DNA of 64,000 bases from Fistulifera solaris (taxonomy: Eukaryota): assembly GCA_030295235.1 (NCBI GenBank), contig AP026164.1, positions 248,001 through 312,000 of the forward strand, read 5' to 3'. Shown in pieces: positions 61,576 to 64,000 of this stretch. Position 1 is the stretch's first letter, and every line of letters starts with the position of its first letter. The position numbers were made by a program, and so were the translations under genes. The notes beneath the pieces are model-generated. The model ran no database searches, was not told the origin of the DNA, and saw nothing but the letters and a program-made list of their open reading frames with translations.

Positions 61576-64000
61576 ATGTATCATGAGAACATTACTCAAC
61601 ATGCCGTTTTGATAGGAACAATCCATTTTATTTGCGAGTTACGAAGGCCGGGAAAGAAGAGAAAGTATACCGAAACACAAGGTCCCCAAATTGTCGGTTG
61701 GAGTTTTCGATGTAACCGTGGCTTCGAGTATCTGCTGTCTTTTCCCATTCGTTGTTATCGCAATGCCTTACGTGCATGGCAGCAGGGACTTGTGGTTCGC
61801 TTGGAGAAATTTGCCTCAGTTCCCATTTCTACGACGACTAGATTCGTCCATCTCATCGAAGTACACGAGGACGGACTCATCGTACCTGCAACCCGAAAGC
61901 AAGCCAGAGACGCGCGTATTGACAAAGATAATGTCTGGACTCTGGCCCAGATATCACTGAAAGAAGCTTTGGATATTCACCTGCAACGAGAAACACAGAA
62001 TTACCGCTCTTACAAAGACTCGCAGTCACGGAAATACTCGTTTCGAGCAACCATTCAAGCTGTTACGCCCATCTTTACTCTGGACCCTTCCGATCCTTTT
62101 TGTTTGCTTCCAAGTCGAAGATGAGGGATACAAATCGGTATTAGTGTTTCAAAGAGAAGCTCTGGCGTGCAGTACATTGTTGATTCCGGGTGAAACCTGC
62201 TTCTTTCACGACGTCACTCGAATCGCATGGAAAGTTCCCGACGAACTGAATCAAAGGCGCTTTGCCCATTTTAAAGCAAATGTCCCAACGCATGTCTTTG
62301 TTGTTCACGGCAAACACCAAGTTGATATATTGGATTGTCTGAATGGGTGCGAAGTATCTCAATCGCTGATTGGTTGCATCACCCGTGTTCACACCGTGCA
62401 TTCACAGAATTCATTTCCTGGCAGCCTTCTGATTCAATACATCGACTTGATTACCGGAGACGAGACCGACTGCAGGCTTTATCTCGAATACTTTCCCATG
62501 TCTTCAACCTTGCAGCTAAGCTTGCGAAGTGGAACTACTATCATGGCCACCAAAATACACAATCTAGGTCAAGGGCATTTTGCTGCATGCTCGCGATCTA
62601 GCATTCATGTTCACAGCATGCGACCTGACCCACCTATTTCGAACACACCTGAAGTCGCGGTCGATAGCTTTACTCCTTTTGCTCACACACGAATACGGAA
62701 ATCGTGCTTTGAAACAGCTTTGTCCACTCTGATCTCTGACTTTATCGAAGGGTTCAATCGTATCGACGCGCCCAGTTTCCGGCATTGGACGCGTAGTTGG
62801 CTACGGCACAATGGAGCTGTCAGCAGTAGTGCCATCTCATCTCCTCGACGAAATGTGTATGCAGAATTCTTTGATCATCAGGATGAAGCGGGGGATGTAG
62901 AAGGCGACGTTGCCGAACGATCAGGATGCCATTTGAGCCGGGACCTGCAAAGGACACCCAAGATACCTTTTTTGTTACAACTGAACGATATTCAGAACGA
63001 AGCGATTCGTGTCCTTCAAATCAGGTTAGATCGTTACATTGCAAATAATCGTGTTCGGATGGGATGGACTGCTTCTTTCACGTTGGTCGCCGAGGATCTC
63101 AACGTCAACCTGAATCCGAGAAAGTGCTTGGATGCAGCTTTGTATTCGGGTGGTGCTGTCGTGTCTGCCTCAGGTCCTATGCAAGTAGATGAAGCAACCA
63201 TGTTGTTACTAAGTATCAGCAATGGGCACACCGTTCTACCCGTTGCTGTAGAGAGCAATGCTGATGTATTGCCCCAAACACATGCACTCTTCGGTTTGGA
63301 GAGTATCACTACTTCCGTTCTCTGCCTGGGTACGAGTCCTAGAGGAGATAACGACGTACGGAAACACGGAGGAGCAGATGTCTGTATTCTTCCTGTATTT
63401 GGTGGAGATAGTCGTTTTCATGGACCGTGCGTTATGATGCGAGTGACAAATCAGAATTGGATTTTTATTGTCAGTTTCCATTTACATGCAAATACTCTAA
63501 TCCAACTTTCTACTGACGAATCGTCAATCGAAACGGAAGCTCCCGAGACTCGACCGTGTCGCGAACCGGTACATTTGGGCGATGTAGCGTTACCAACTTT
63601 CGATGCGTCTCCCAATGCAAGTGACCGGATGTGTGTCAGCTTGCTTGCGAGGAAACAGTTTGCTTTCATGCGATTGAAGAAGGGGAGCTACGGAGGCATC
63701 ACACTTACTCTTGCGCATATGCCCTCAACAAAAACCGAGGGCGAAAAGAAGAATTTATCAGATCCAGGCGCTGCGTCTTTACAATCAATTGACTGTAGGC
63801 CACTCATTTTATTGGCCGAAGTTGCCACAAGGCAAATGGAAGCTTTCTTTCATGCTCCTCCATCGGAGCAACTGGATTGCTGAGTGAGCAAATAGCCACA
63901 GCTCTTGCTTTCTGGAAAATGGCAAGCTCTGAAACACAATGCTGTCTGTTACGTGGTGGTTTTGACGAAATGCTGTCCGGTGCAAGTACATATTGCCACA
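61576..64000 (+). CDS. CTC1: CTC1-like OB-fold telomere protein (frameshift ~62110; likely continues past the window end)
   Basis: LRSGTTIMATKIH...AACSRSSIHV and RRNVYAEFFDH...GC resemble motifs recalled from CTC1; long beta-rich ORFs. Confidence 0.5.

Overview
Gene-dense eukaryotic nuclear DNA, most likely from a pennate diatom. Evidence: short GT-AG introns, bipartite plastid presequences with F/W at +1, a DUF6824-type gene, a silaffin-like KxxK protein and a diatom-type LRR protein. About 39 protein-coding loci are supported. No rRNA, tRNA, CRISPR array or intact mobile element was seen. About 15 conserved genes carry single-base frameshifts, mostly in homopolymers, which points to uncorrected long-read errors. 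Highlights: (1) a 3-exon gene that fuses a COG2426/'small multidrug export'-type membrane domain in frame to ferredoxin-NADP+ reductase, behind a tripartite signal + transit + Tat-like thylakoid presequence; (2) a plastid protein with four CysRS-anticodon-domain-like repeats plus a SAP domain; (3) a syntaxin ending in a CaaX box instead of a TM helix; (4) a silaffin-like gene between duplicated DJ-1/PfpI genes; (5) a recurring intergenic dyad CAYGACTG-N5-CAGTCRTG; (6) a dense TGACGT cluster. All family assignments come from motif recognition by eye, not from database searches.
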